32,000 nt of DNA from an uncultured archaeon (GTDB lineage Archaea > Asgardarchaeota > Thorarchaeia > Thorarchaeales > CAZPUN01), in contig CAZPUN010000020.1 of assembly GCA_964589775.1 (NCBI GenBank), positions 30,001 to 62,000 on the forward strand, in the 5' to 3' direction. Within the stretch, counting starts at the first letter, position 1. The number at the start of each line of letters is the position of its first letter. A program made the position numbers and the translations under genes. This document shows positions 18,229 through 26,998 of the stretch, in pieces. The notes under the pieces were generated by a model. That model did not search any database, was not told the DNA's origin, and saw only the letters and a list, made by a program, of their open reading frames with translations.

Positions 18229-19459
18229 AAGTATAACAATTAAAGATGTCGTATATGGATATATTGACTTTGAAGATGAATGTAGTGAAATAGTAGATTC
18301 GGACCCGATTCAAAAATTTAGAAGTGTAAAAAGTCCTCTTAGTATCCATTATGTATATCCCGGAGCCGAAATTTCACAATTTAGTCATATATTGGGAAAT
18401 GCAAAAGTTGCACAAGAATTCATGGAATATATGTCTGCAGATGAAGAAACAAAGTTCAAGGCACAAATGGTAGGATTATTTTCTGAAGCTTACCTGGGTC
18501 CATTTGTATATGCTTTTGATGAATTATTAGAAGAAGAAAATATAACACGTGACATGGTATTAGAAAAAATCATAACAAAGACAGAAATAAAAGATATTCT
18601 AAATAAAAAGGGATATACATACAGGGACATACTAAAATGGATCAATGAAGGCATCGACATAAGAGGTTCTACAATCAATCTAATAAACACAATACTTAGT
18701 ATCAATTTAGTGGACCGATTAGAACGTGATGATTATTTTACAGGGTTGCGATACCAAATAGAACATCATAGACTATATTTAATGACATTTCCCATTGAGA
18801 ACAAGCTTGCATTAGCAAGAACTTACATGAACAGTCTTGAGGCTTTTATATTTTCAGCAAATAACTTATTCACAGAAGTATATTACAATCCAAAGATAAG
18901 ATCTGCAGATTTAATGGCACTTGAATTACTAAAGTTAGTGAAAGATGAATTTCAGTTATTAGATTATAATGATGTTGATAAATACGTATTTGAAGATGAT
19001 GGAACATTACAATTAAAGATTATGCGGTTAGATAATTCAAAAAACGATTATATTTTAGCAAAATCAATTTTAAATGACCTTAGAAATTCTAGATTATATC
19101 CGCGAGTATATGAGGCAATACTTCCTGAAAATGCAAAAACAGAGGTCCTGGAAAATTACAAAACACGAAGAGAACTTGAAGAAGAAATAGCTGCCACAGG
19201 AAATGTAGACCCACGTAGGATACACATAGATTTCCCAAGAAGAAAATCTGTCGCATATTATCCAGATCGGTATGAATGGGAGAAATTCCATTTGTTTGAA
19301 AAATACGGTGATGAAATTAAGCTTATGATGTTCAAAGATGAAAGTCCTGCTACAGAATCTCTACAAAAATATACAAAAATCGTAAGAGTCTATGCTCCAA
19401 AGGAATATAAAAATAAAATAAAAAATGCAGAAAAAATAATTCAAGAAGCCGTGTTTTAG
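18218..19459 (+). CDS. HD-superfamily (COG1078/SAMHD1-like) protein with degenerate active site
   Basis: IKDVVYGYI, YVYPGA, FSHILG, GPF, DRLERD and EVYYNPKIRSA align with family motifs, but HD is replaced by SE. Confidence 0.8.
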   Translation: MVYRSITIKDVVYGYIDFEDECSEIVDSDPIQKFRSVKSPLSIHYVYPGAEISQFSHILGNAKVAQEFMEYMSADEETKFKAQMVGLFSEAYLGPFVYAFDELLEEENITRDMVLEKIITKTEIKDILNKKGYTYRDILKWINEGIDIRGSTINLINTILSINLVDRLERDDYFTGLRYQIEHHRLYLMTFPIENKLALARTYMNSLEAFIFSANNLFTEVYYNPKIRSADLMALELLKLVKDEFQLLDYNDVDKYVFEDDGTLQLKIMRLDNSKNDYILAKSILNDLRNSRLYPRVYEAILPENAKTEVLENYKTRRELEEEIAATGNVDPRRIHIDFPRRKSVAYYPDRYEWEKFHLFEKYGDEIKLMMFKDESPATESLQKYTKIVRVYAPKEYKNKIKNAEKIIQEAVF

Positions 19460-19483
19460 GCTTCTATATTTCTATAATATAAA

Positions 19484-19657
19484 CTATAGATCGTGTGCCA
19501 TTAAAGTAACTCTCTTGTTTGCCTTTGCACGTTCAATTGCTTCAGCAAGCAAGTTTTCGATCTTCTTGTTCAAAGCGTCGTAAACCGTCTGGCTTACTTT
19601 CATGTTTTTAGATGCTACGAAATCTTTTACTGCTTTTTTCACGGCATAGTCGGCCAT
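19484..19657 (-). CDS. Minimal 57-aa histone-fold protein (MADYAVKKAVKDFVASKNMKVSQTVYDALNKKIENLLAEAIERAKANKRVTLMAHDL)
   Basis: Manual translation; AIERAKANKRVTLMAHDL is the histone L2 RxTxxxxD motif; GGAGGT SD at 19664-19669; absent from the ORF track. Confidence 0.9.
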   Translation of the reverse strand: MADYAVKKAVKDFVASKNMKVSQTVYDALNKKIENLLAEAIERAKANKRVTLMAHDL

Positions 19658-19777
19658 TTTTTAACCTCCATCTCCCGTGTATAGAGTATAATCCATTTAT
19701 AATATGCTAGAAGTATTATAAAAGATTAACTAGTAAAATTATCGAAAAATGAAAAAAATAAAAGAAAAATTATGATT

Positions 19778-20701
19778 TTATAATTTATCAACGGGTTCTC
19801 CAAAGGCCTGGAATAGCAATTCCCATTTTTTATTGACCCATTCTTGGATCTCTTTCAGCTTTTCTTCGTCTCGCTTGGGTCTGAATAGGGGAGCAAAACG
19901 ACCTTGAGGCTTCAGATACTCTTCAATTGGCTTTCTTTTTGCAGGATCACGATATTTACGACTGGGCCTAGAAATAGTCCATTTTTCGCCAATGCGTTCC
20001 CAGAGTATCCAATCACCAGTTTCAACTGCAAGCTTGCCAATCTTTACAGTATCCTGGACGGGATATTGCCATGCGGGAGGACATGGAGACAGTATGTGAA
20101 TGACCTTTGGACCCTTAATTTGTGAAGCTCTCTTGAATTTATCATAGAGGTCAAATGGATACGAGGGATTTGCTGTTGCTTGATATACGGGTCTGTGAGC
20201 AGCTACAATAAGATCGAATAATTTCTCATGCTCCTGTTTTCCAGTCCATGTTGTGGTAGTTTTAGCACCCATAGGTGTAGCACCACTTCGCTGTACACCA
20301 GTGTTACTGTAGACATTGTTATTATAACAAACATACAAGAAATTAGTACCGCGCTCAATAGCACCACTTAGAGCTTGAATACCGATATCAAAAGTACCGC
20401 CATCACCAGCCCAGACTACGACATTTGTATCAGTCTTGCCTTGAGCTTCCAATCCTGCAACAACACCCGAAGCAGCTGCTGCAGCAGAAGCAAATGCAGT
20501 ATTATAAATTGGAACATTAAAACCACTATAGGGAAATAGAGCTTGAATAACAGAGGTACAACATGCAGGTATGACAAGAATTGTCTTTTTACCTAATGCT
20601 TTTAATGCGTGACGTAAGGCAAGTGTATCCCCACAGCCAGCACATGCAGCGTTTCCGGGAAGAATGAATTCCTCACGAGGTATGTCTTTGATGCTTACCA
20701 T
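19778..20701 (-). CDS. porB: 2-oxoacid (pyruvate/ketoisovalerate):ferredoxin oxidoreductase beta subunit
   Basis: CAGCG, TPP-binding GDGG...NN, YSNTGVQRS, SPCP; SD GGAGGT before ATG 20701. Confidence 0.93.
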   Translation of the reverse strand: MVSIKDIPREEFILPGNAACAGCGDTLALRHALKALGKKTILVIPACCTSVIQALFPYSGFNVPIYNTAFASAAAAASGVVAGLEAQGKTDTNVVVWAGDGGTFDIGIQALSGAIERGTNFLYVCYNNNVYSNTGVQRSGATPMGAKTTTTWTGKQEHEKLFDLIVAAHRPVYQATANPSYPFDLYDKFKRASQIKGPKVIHILSPCPPAWQYPVQDTVKIGKLAVETGDWILWERIGEKWTISRPSRKYRDPAKRKPIEEYLKPQGRFAPLFRPKRDEEKLKEIQEWVNKKWELLFQAFGEPVDKL

Positions 20702-20706
20702 TTGTA

Positions 20707-21894
20707 TTACCTCCTCTTGATGCCGAACCACTCAAAGTCTTGCTTTTGCTCGCCAGACTCCATTTCGGCATACGCTTTCTTAATCATCTCTTTGATGTCT
20801 TTTATAGTGATATCACGACCACCTAAACCTGCCATGTATCCTTTAACCATAGGACGCTTCTCACAGTCATACAATGCGGCACGAACTTCAAGATTCGCAG
20901 CAGGCCTTGCACCAAATGCTGTAGCACGATCTAGTGTAACAATGCTATCGACCTTAGATGCCAAATTCCGAATCTCTTCTTCAGGGAATGGACGAAATAC
21001 ACGTATTCGAGTTAATCCAACATTGTAGCCTTCTTCACGCAGCTCATCAATTGCGTCTTTTGCCTCTGCTGCAACGGTACCTTGAGTTACTAGAGATAAT
21101 TTTGCACCATCCATCTTGTATTCTTCAACGAGGTCTCCATAATAACGACCAAAACGCTTACTGAAGTCACGACTTGCTTCACGAATGACTTCACGAGCAC
21201 GATTCATAGCTTCTTCCATCTTATAACGGAATTCCATATAGAAGTCTGGAAATACAATATTACCCAATGATACTGGATGGTCTGGGTCTAATTTCCAATG
21301 CTTTGGTTCATAGGGTGGCAGGTATGGGTCTACCTCTTCAGGATCAAGCAAATGAACTGGAAATGCCGTGTGACTTAGAATAAACGCATCCAAATTTACC
21401 ATTGCAGGCAAATATACTCGTTCATCCTCTGCAACCTTAAATGCCTGAATAATTGTATCATAAGCTTCCTGAGCACTGGTAACGTAGTATTGAATCCAAC
21501 CATTATCACGCATAGCCATAGAATCGGTTTGATCTACATGAATATTCCATGCAGGTGCAAGAGCTCGATTTACGTTTGCCATGACGATAGGTAATCGAGA
21601 ATTTGATGCCCAGTGAATCATTTCATACATATATGCAAGACCTTGTGAAGCCGTTGCTGTGAAAGCACGTGCGCCTGTTGCACTTGCACCGATACTTGCA
21701 GCCATGGCACTATGCTCACTTTCTACACGAATGTATTTACCATTCCATTGACCAGATTCATATAACTTTGCAACAATTTCAACAATGACTGTTTGTGGCG
21801 TAATCGGATATGCTGCAACAACATCTGTTCGAGATGCCATAATAGAATATGCCACAGCATAATCAGCAGTCATAATTTTTGTTTCACCCAACAT
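20707..21894 (-). CDS. porA: 2-oxoacid:ferredoxin oxidoreductase alpha subunit
   Basis: AYPITPQT, VESEHSA, TATASQGL, NRAL, FRPFP, GLGGRD. Confidence 0.94.
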   Translation of the reverse strand: MLGETKIMTADYAVAYSIMASRTDVVAAYPITPQTVIVEIVAKLYESGQWNGKYIRVESEHSAMAASIGASATGARAFTATASQGLAYMYEMIHWASNSRLPIVMANVNRALAPAWNIHVDQTDSMAMRDNGWIQYYVTSAQEAYDTIIQAFKVAEDERVYLPAMVNLDAFILSHTAFPVHLLDPEEVDPYLPPYEPKHWKLDPDHPVSLGNIVFPDFYMEFRYKMEEAMNRAREVIREASRDFSKRFGRYYGDLVEEYKMDGAKLSLVTQGTVAAEAKDAIDELREEGYNVGLTRIRVFRPFPEEEIRNLASKVDSIVTLDRATAFGARPAANLEVRAALYDCEKRPMVKGYMAGLGGRDITIKDIKEMIKKAYAEMESGEQKQDFEWFGIKRR

Positions 21895-22217
21895 TATCCC
21901 TCCAATTCAATGCCTGCGCGTTTCATATCAATACATTTCTTAGGACAAACTTGAGCGCAAACACCACAGCCTTTACAATAATCATAATCGATCTCAGGAA
22001 AATCATCAGATTCGCGAATGAATATAGAACCTTCAGGACAATAAAGCCAACACAATTTACAATTTATACAATTATCATAATCAATAATTGGAATGAATGT
22101 TCTCCAGTTTCCGGTCTTCCCAGTAGACCCAATTTTAGGCATAGATATGGGAGCTTCTGGGAGATCTTCTATTGTTTCTGGATGTGGATTGACTTCATTT
22201 ATCAACTTCAACACCAT
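21894..22217 (-). CDS. porD: 2-oxoacid:ferredoxin oxidoreductase delta subunit (2x[4Fe-4S])
   Basis: TGNWRTFIP, CINCKLCWLYCP, DYDYCKGCGVCAQVCP. Confidence 0.93.
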   Translation of the reverse strand: MVLKLINEVNPHPETIEDLPEAPISMPKIGSTGKTGNWRTFIPIIDYDNCINCKLCWLYCPEGSIFIRESDDFPEIDYDYCKGCGVCAQVCPKKCIDMKRAGIELEG

Positions 22218-22335
22218 CCGTAATTTAAACAATAAAAAAACAAACCAATTATGTTATAAACTCTTTGGGTTTGTGAGTTAATGATTTAAAGCCAATAAAC
22301 AAAAAAATTTGTAAAAAAAGAAGAAGAAAATTAAT

Positions 22336-22758
22336 TTATTTAAGAATTTTAATAAATCCTCTATTGTTTTCACACCATGCTTCAATTGATAAACCTGTGC
22401 GTAACTTATCAAAATCAGTATCCGAAAAATTACCAATCATTGGGATTTCCCCAAAAATCGCACCGGAGATGGTAATAGGTTCAGGATGCTGTACAATTAA
22501 GAGTTTGGGCGCAACATTATTTTTCGCAAGGCCATACAGTACATTGGACCCAACGGTACTACCGCGTGAAGTTCTAAATACTAGTATTTTCCCAGTTATT
22601 TTTTCTTTGAAAATATCACTATTCGAATCCATGATAATTCCAGTGTTTATGTCTACATCTCCAAGGAAGGATATAGCACGCTCTGTACGTAATATTGTAC
22701 CTTTCAGAACGCCTTGCCATTCTTGTATAACGGTTCCATTAATAACTTCACTCATCAT
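22336..22758 (-). CDS. DUF126 / aconitase X swivel subunit (probable phosphomevalonate dehydratase small subunit)
   Basis: ISFLGDVD, GKILVF, RGSTVGS motifs; overlaps the end of the UbiD gene. Confidence 0.88.
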   Translation of the reverse strand: MMSEVINGTVIQEWQGVLKGTILRTERAISFLGDVDINTGIIMDSNSDIFKEKITGKILVFRTSRGSTVGSNVLYGLAKNNVAPKLLIVQHPEPITISGAIFGEIPMIGNFSDTDFDKLRTGLSIEAWCENNRGFIKILK

Positions 22759-24064
22759 CTTCACCAGGTATTTTTGCTCGCGATAACATATCTACAGTCA
22801 ATTCTTGGTGCTTTACAGGATGACGGACCTCATAAGGGATCGTAGCATCAATACCCCACTTGTTTCCACGACCAAGTAGATCCAATGTACTTCCAGCGGC
22901 TTCATATACAATTATATCTTTTAGGGGATCTGTTCGAACTGCAATAGCCCATTCAACTGAAAATGGATCAGTAATGTCAATATCTTCATCAACAACCACA
23001 ACGCGTTTTAAACTTGGATGCCCTGAAAAAGCAGCCATAATCGCATTTTTTCCTTCTTTTGGCTTCTTCTTTTTAATAGATACAACTGCATGTAGCCAAC
23101 CAGCACCGCCAGGTGTTAAATATACGTTTTGTACATTAATATTTGCAGCTTTAAGAGCACGATAAATTCTAGGTTCCTGTGGAAAGCCCATTAAAGTATA
23201 ATGTTCATAACCTGCAGGTAGTAGTGCTTCAAAGATTGGATTTGATAATACAGATACAGATTTCACTTCAATTACAGGCTCCATACGAACTTCATCATAG
23301 GATCCTGTAGCATCACAAAATGGACCTTCAGCTACGCGTTCAGAAGTTAATTCACCTTCTATTAAAATCTCACAGCCATAAGGAACCTCAATCTTGTTCA
23401 TAGGACTAAGATATGTTCGTAAGCCACCCATCAACTTAGAGGCAACATTTAATTCGAAAATATTAGGCGGAACAGACGAAGCTGCAGCAATGGATACTGC
23501 AGGAGGAGCACCATTACAAATAACAATTTTAAGAGGTTCATTTCGTTCAACAACAGATTCTTGATACATTTCGTAAAGATGACGAGGTACGATCCGAATA
23601 GCCAAATGTGTCTCGTCAAGATACATCATTCGATGAATTGAAACATTTCTGCGTCCAGTTTTCTTATCCTCCGCAATAACTGATGCTGCAGTAAAGTAAT
23701 AACCACCATCTTTCTCAAAATATTTTGGTATAGGTAGGTCTGATAATTTAACCGAAATGCGTTCCTCAGGTTTATCTTCGCGTATTAATTCTGCAGGATT
23801 ATCAAATGCTTCAACTAATTTATACAAAATTTGATTTGAAGGAACACCCAATATATCTCCGAGAAGTTCTCTATTTGTGAATATTCCCGCAACAACAGGC
23901 ATGTTACTATCCTTAACATTTTCAAAAATCGTTGGTCGTTCGCCGTGCTTTTTCAAATATAAACCAATCTCAAATTCTCTAGAAACCTGTTCTTTTACAT
24001 GCTCTAACTTACCCTTCTTATCAAGCCAGTCGATAAATTCCCGTAGAGTTGAAAACCCAGTCAT
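22748..24064 (-). CDS. UbiD family prFMN-dependent decarboxylase (probable anhydromevalonate-phosphate decarboxylase)
   Basis: DGGYY, NVSIHR, PRHL, EGPF, VVVVDEDID, GIDAT motifs; short (438 aa) form; linked to DUF126. Confidence 0.9.
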   Translation of the reverse strand: MTGFSTLREFIDWLDKKGKLEHVKEQVSREFEIGLYLKKHGERPTIFENVKDSNMPVVAGIFTNRELLGDILGVPSNQILYKLVEAFDNPAELIREDKPEERISVKLSDLPIPKYFEKDGGYYFTAASVIAEDKKTGRRNVSIHRMMYLDETHLAIRIVPRHLYEMYQESVVERNEPLKIVICNGAPPAVSIAAASSVPPNIFELNVASKLMGGLRTYLSPMNKIEVPYGCEILIEGELTSERVAEGPFCDATGSYDEVRMEPVIEVKSVSVLSNPIFEALLPAGYEHYTLMGFPQEPRIYRALKAANINVQNVYLTPGGAGWLHAVVSIKKKKPKEGKNAIMAAFSGHPSLKRVVVVDEDIDITDPFSVEWAIAVRTDPLKDIIVYEAAGSTLDLLGRGNKWGIDATIPYEVRHPVKHQELTVDMLSRAKIPGEDDE

Positions 24065-24153
24065 TTTTTACTCACCAATACACTCTAATAGGTTTCCAGT
24101 CTTACCCAATAATAGGTTTTTCGTAACGAATATACATCAAAGGTGAATCGTAA

Positions 24154-24894
24154 GTGGAGAAAATTATATTACTAACCAACGATGATGGCCCGGAATCAAT
24201 CGGATTGGAAGCTGCCTATAATGCAATAAAAAATTTAGGAAGAGTCGAAGTAATCGTTCCAGAACATCAGAGAAGCGCAACCGGTAAGGCACTAACCTTA
24301 GATCGCCCATTAAGATTACGAAAAATCAGATGGAACAATATATCAATTTGGGTACATGACGGAAAACCTGCAGATTCAATAATTTTTGCAACTCATTTAT
24401 TTGGAATTGAAAATATACGTCTCGTAGTTTCAGGAATAAATTCAGGAGCAAACGTATCATATCAAAGTATGTTCACCAGTGGTACTGTGGGAGCCGCAAT
24501 GGAAGCCGCAATGCTATCAATTCCTGCAATTGCATTATCTATGGAAGTCAAACCAGAATTCTGGTTCACTAATAACAAGCCCCCAAACAATCTAGATAAG
24601 ATTATAGAGATCTCATCTGAAATAGTTAGAAATGTTCTTGAAAATGGACTTCCAGATTGTGATTTCCTAAATGTAAACTTTCCAGAAATTGTCGATGAGA
24701 ATACACAAATAAAATATACGAAACCTGCTATGACTAGAATTTTTAATTCGATGATGGAATGTACAGATCCACATGGAGTAAAATGCTACTGGATTTCAGG
24801 AGAACAGATTAAAACAAACAAGGGTGAGGACGCTTATGTCCTAACAGTCGAACAGAATATAACAATATCAAAAATAAAGATCAATATGGTTTAA
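24154..24894 (+). CDS. surE: 5'/3'-nucleotidase SurE
   Basis: LLTNDDG, SATG, GKPAD, SGINSGAN, SGTVGAAMEA, NVNFP. Confidence 0.95.
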   Translation: MEKIILLTNDDGPESIGLEAAYNAIKNLGRVEVIVPEHQRSATGKALTLDRPLRLRKIRWNNISIWVHDGKPADSIIFATHLFGIENIRLVVSGINSGANVSYQSMFTSGTVGAAMEAAMLSIPAIALSMEVKPEFWFTNNKPPNNLDKIIEISSEIVRNVLENGLPDCDFLNVNFPEIVDENTQIKYTKPAMTRIFNSMMECTDPHGVKCYWISGEQIKTNKGEDAYVLTVEQNITISKIKINMV

Positions 24895-24993
24895 AAAAAT
24901 ACATTTATTAATAAATAATTATAGATTTTAAAAAGAAAAACTTATTTTTAAAAAATATAAAAAATAAATTATATTGGGAAGGGGTATAGAATA

Positions 24994-25953
24994 ATGAGTA
25001 GTGAAAAAACACTTATTACACCGCTATTAAAAATTATGAATTCAATAATGGAGATTATAGACCCAGAACAAAATGAACAGTTCGTAATTTTAACAGAAAA
25101 AAACATTGACAAGGCAAGCTTAGAGATCTTATTGAAAGAGGGATTATTATTAAGAACCCAATCAGAATCATACAAGGCTAATTTATCAGGAATAGTAAAA
25201 AAGACCCTGAAAATTATTGAGATAATGTACGATAATGACATAAAAGAACCTAACGAAAAAAAGAAACTTAGGGATTTATCAATCGAATATAGCAAACAAG
25301 CAGCTGCGATAATCCACACTTTTATCGACAAGCATATAATAAATGAAAGTTTAATCAATATTCTACTAAATTTCGAAGACCTAACACATGCAATCGAAGA
25401 ATTACAAGGATATAAGGACCAACTTACGGTCGCAGGATATTATGTAAAACTAAGTGATGGAACATATAAATTCAATATGTCTTCTGATTTAATAGACGTA
25501 ATAGAAAAGTGCAATGTGCAAATTGATTATGTATCCACATTAATTGAAGAATACATGAATAGGGTAATAGAAATAGAAGATGCATTAGACAAATATCCAC
25601 GGTCTATTAAAAAGATTGATGATAAACACATTCAAATAACACTCACAGATTATGTTATCACAAAGGACCATCCATATTATGCACAATATGTTATGTTACT
25701 ACAAGAAAATCTTGACGACATTGAAAATGCGGTTAAAAACAAATATGTTGAACTACAAAAGAATCATGAGATATTACAAGATATCATTCCAACATTAAAA
25801 GAAATATTGATAACTGATGATCGCTTTATTGAAATAGTTTCAGATAACATGTATGCAAATCTCATAAAATTACGAGATTCACACTTTACATTTCTAAATA
25901 AAATGGAAATAATATTAGAGCATGTTGCAGAGATAAAAAATACATACAATTAA
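24994..25953 (+). CDS. Hypothetical helical protein
   Basis: 319-aa ORF with no recognisable catalytic motif; C-terminal coiled-coil character. Confidence 0.75.
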   Translation: MSSEKTLITPLLKIMNSIMEIIDPEQNEQFVILTEKNIDKASLEILLKEGLLLRTQSESYKANLSGIVKKTLKIIEIMYDNDIKEPNEKKKLRDLSIEYSKQAAAIIHTFIDKHIINESLINILLNFEDLTHAIEELQGYKDQLTVAGYYVKLSDGTYKFNMSSDLIDVIEKCNVQIDYVSTLIEEYMNRVIEIEDALDKYPRSIKKIDDKHIQITLTDYVITKDHPYYAQYVMLLQENLDDIENAVKNKYVELQKNHEILQDIIPTLKEILITDDRFIEIVSDNMYANLIKLRDSHFTFLNKMEIILEHVAEIKNTYN

Positions 25954-26981
25954 CTTAATTTACAATTCAATGCAGACCATAATGCATCAGTGTCAGGACG
26001 TACCAAATATTCAGATTTCCCATTTTTAATTAAGATTCTTTCGTTTGGATCGTCAAGAATAACGCCAATAATATCTGCAGGTATTCCATTTTTATTCAAT
26101 ACATCAACAATATTTTTTGCTAATTCATTCTTAGCAACAATAAGAAGAGCTCCACTACTAATGAGTTCCAGTGGATTAATATTAAGCAAATTACAAATCA
26201 TTTTCGTCTCTTCTGCGATTTTTAATTTTTCAAAATAAACTTTAAATCCAACTTCGGATGCATCTGCAAGCTCATGCAGCGCATTTGATATACCACCCTC
26301 AGTAGGATCGTGCATTGCAACAACTCCACCGGTTTGATATGCCAATACACCATCATTTACAACACTAACGTATTTGCGAAATGATTTTGCACTTTCAACA
26401 ATAGAACGTGGTAAGTGGTCTAGTAGAAGTGATTCACATTCCTCAGCAATTATTGCAGTGCCTTCAATACCAACAGATTTTGTAAGAATTAATACATCAC
26501 CTGCTTTTGCACCTGAAGAGGTTACAAATTCATTGTGACTGGTCTCGCCAATCATGGTACCAATAATAATGGGCTGCTCTAAGAAATCAGTGACTTCAGT
26601 ATGACCACCAATAATGAAAATACCCAATTCACCAGCAGCTTTTCGGATTTGCGAAACAATAATATTTAGCATGTCCTCCGTTGATCTTTTAGGCAGCAAA
26701 ATTGTAGTAAGCATCCATTTAGGTCGAACTCCATGTGTCGCAACATCATTTGCATTTATATGAACAGATAACCAGCCAATACTTTTGATTGACCCAGTTA
26801 TAGGATCTGTTGTAATTATAAGATCTCGGTCTGAAATCCGTATTATAGCCGCATCTTGTCCTAGTGCAGGTCCTACAATCACATTTTCATCATTAATTGG
26901 CAAATTGTTGAAGACGACTTTTGTGAGAATCTCTGGCGGAACCTTTCCAGGAAGAAGATATTTTTCCATTTTAGACTTCAC
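25950..26981 (-). CDS. AIR synthase-related (PurM/HypE-like) family protein
   Basis: GKVPP, GQDAA, TTDPIT, NANDVA, GGHTE, MHDPTEGG, ISSGALL. Confidence 0.88.
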   Translation of the reverse strand: MKSKMEKYLLPGKVPPEILTKVVFNNLPINDENVIVGPALGQDAAIIRISDRDLIITTDPITGSIKSIGWLSVHINANDVATHGVRPKWMLTTILLPKRSTEDMLNIIVSQIRKAAGELGIFIIGGHTEVTDFLEQPIIIGTMIGETSHNEFVTSSGAKAGDVLILTKSVGIEGTAIIAEECESLLLDHLPRSIVESAKSFRKYVSVVNDGVLAYQTGGVVAMHDPTEGGISNALHELADASEVGFKVYFEKLKIAEETKMICNLLNINPLELISSGALLIVAKNELAKNIVDVLNKNGIPADIIGVILDDPNERILIKNGKSEYLVRPDTDALWSALNCKLS

Positions 26982-26998
26982 TCCCTACTAGGTACGGG

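Noticed and set aside
25950-26981. Possible selenophosphate synthetase SelD or true HypE
   Set aside because: No N-terminal Cys/Sec-x-x-K motif of SelD and no C-terminal PRIC of HypE; kept as generic PurM-like
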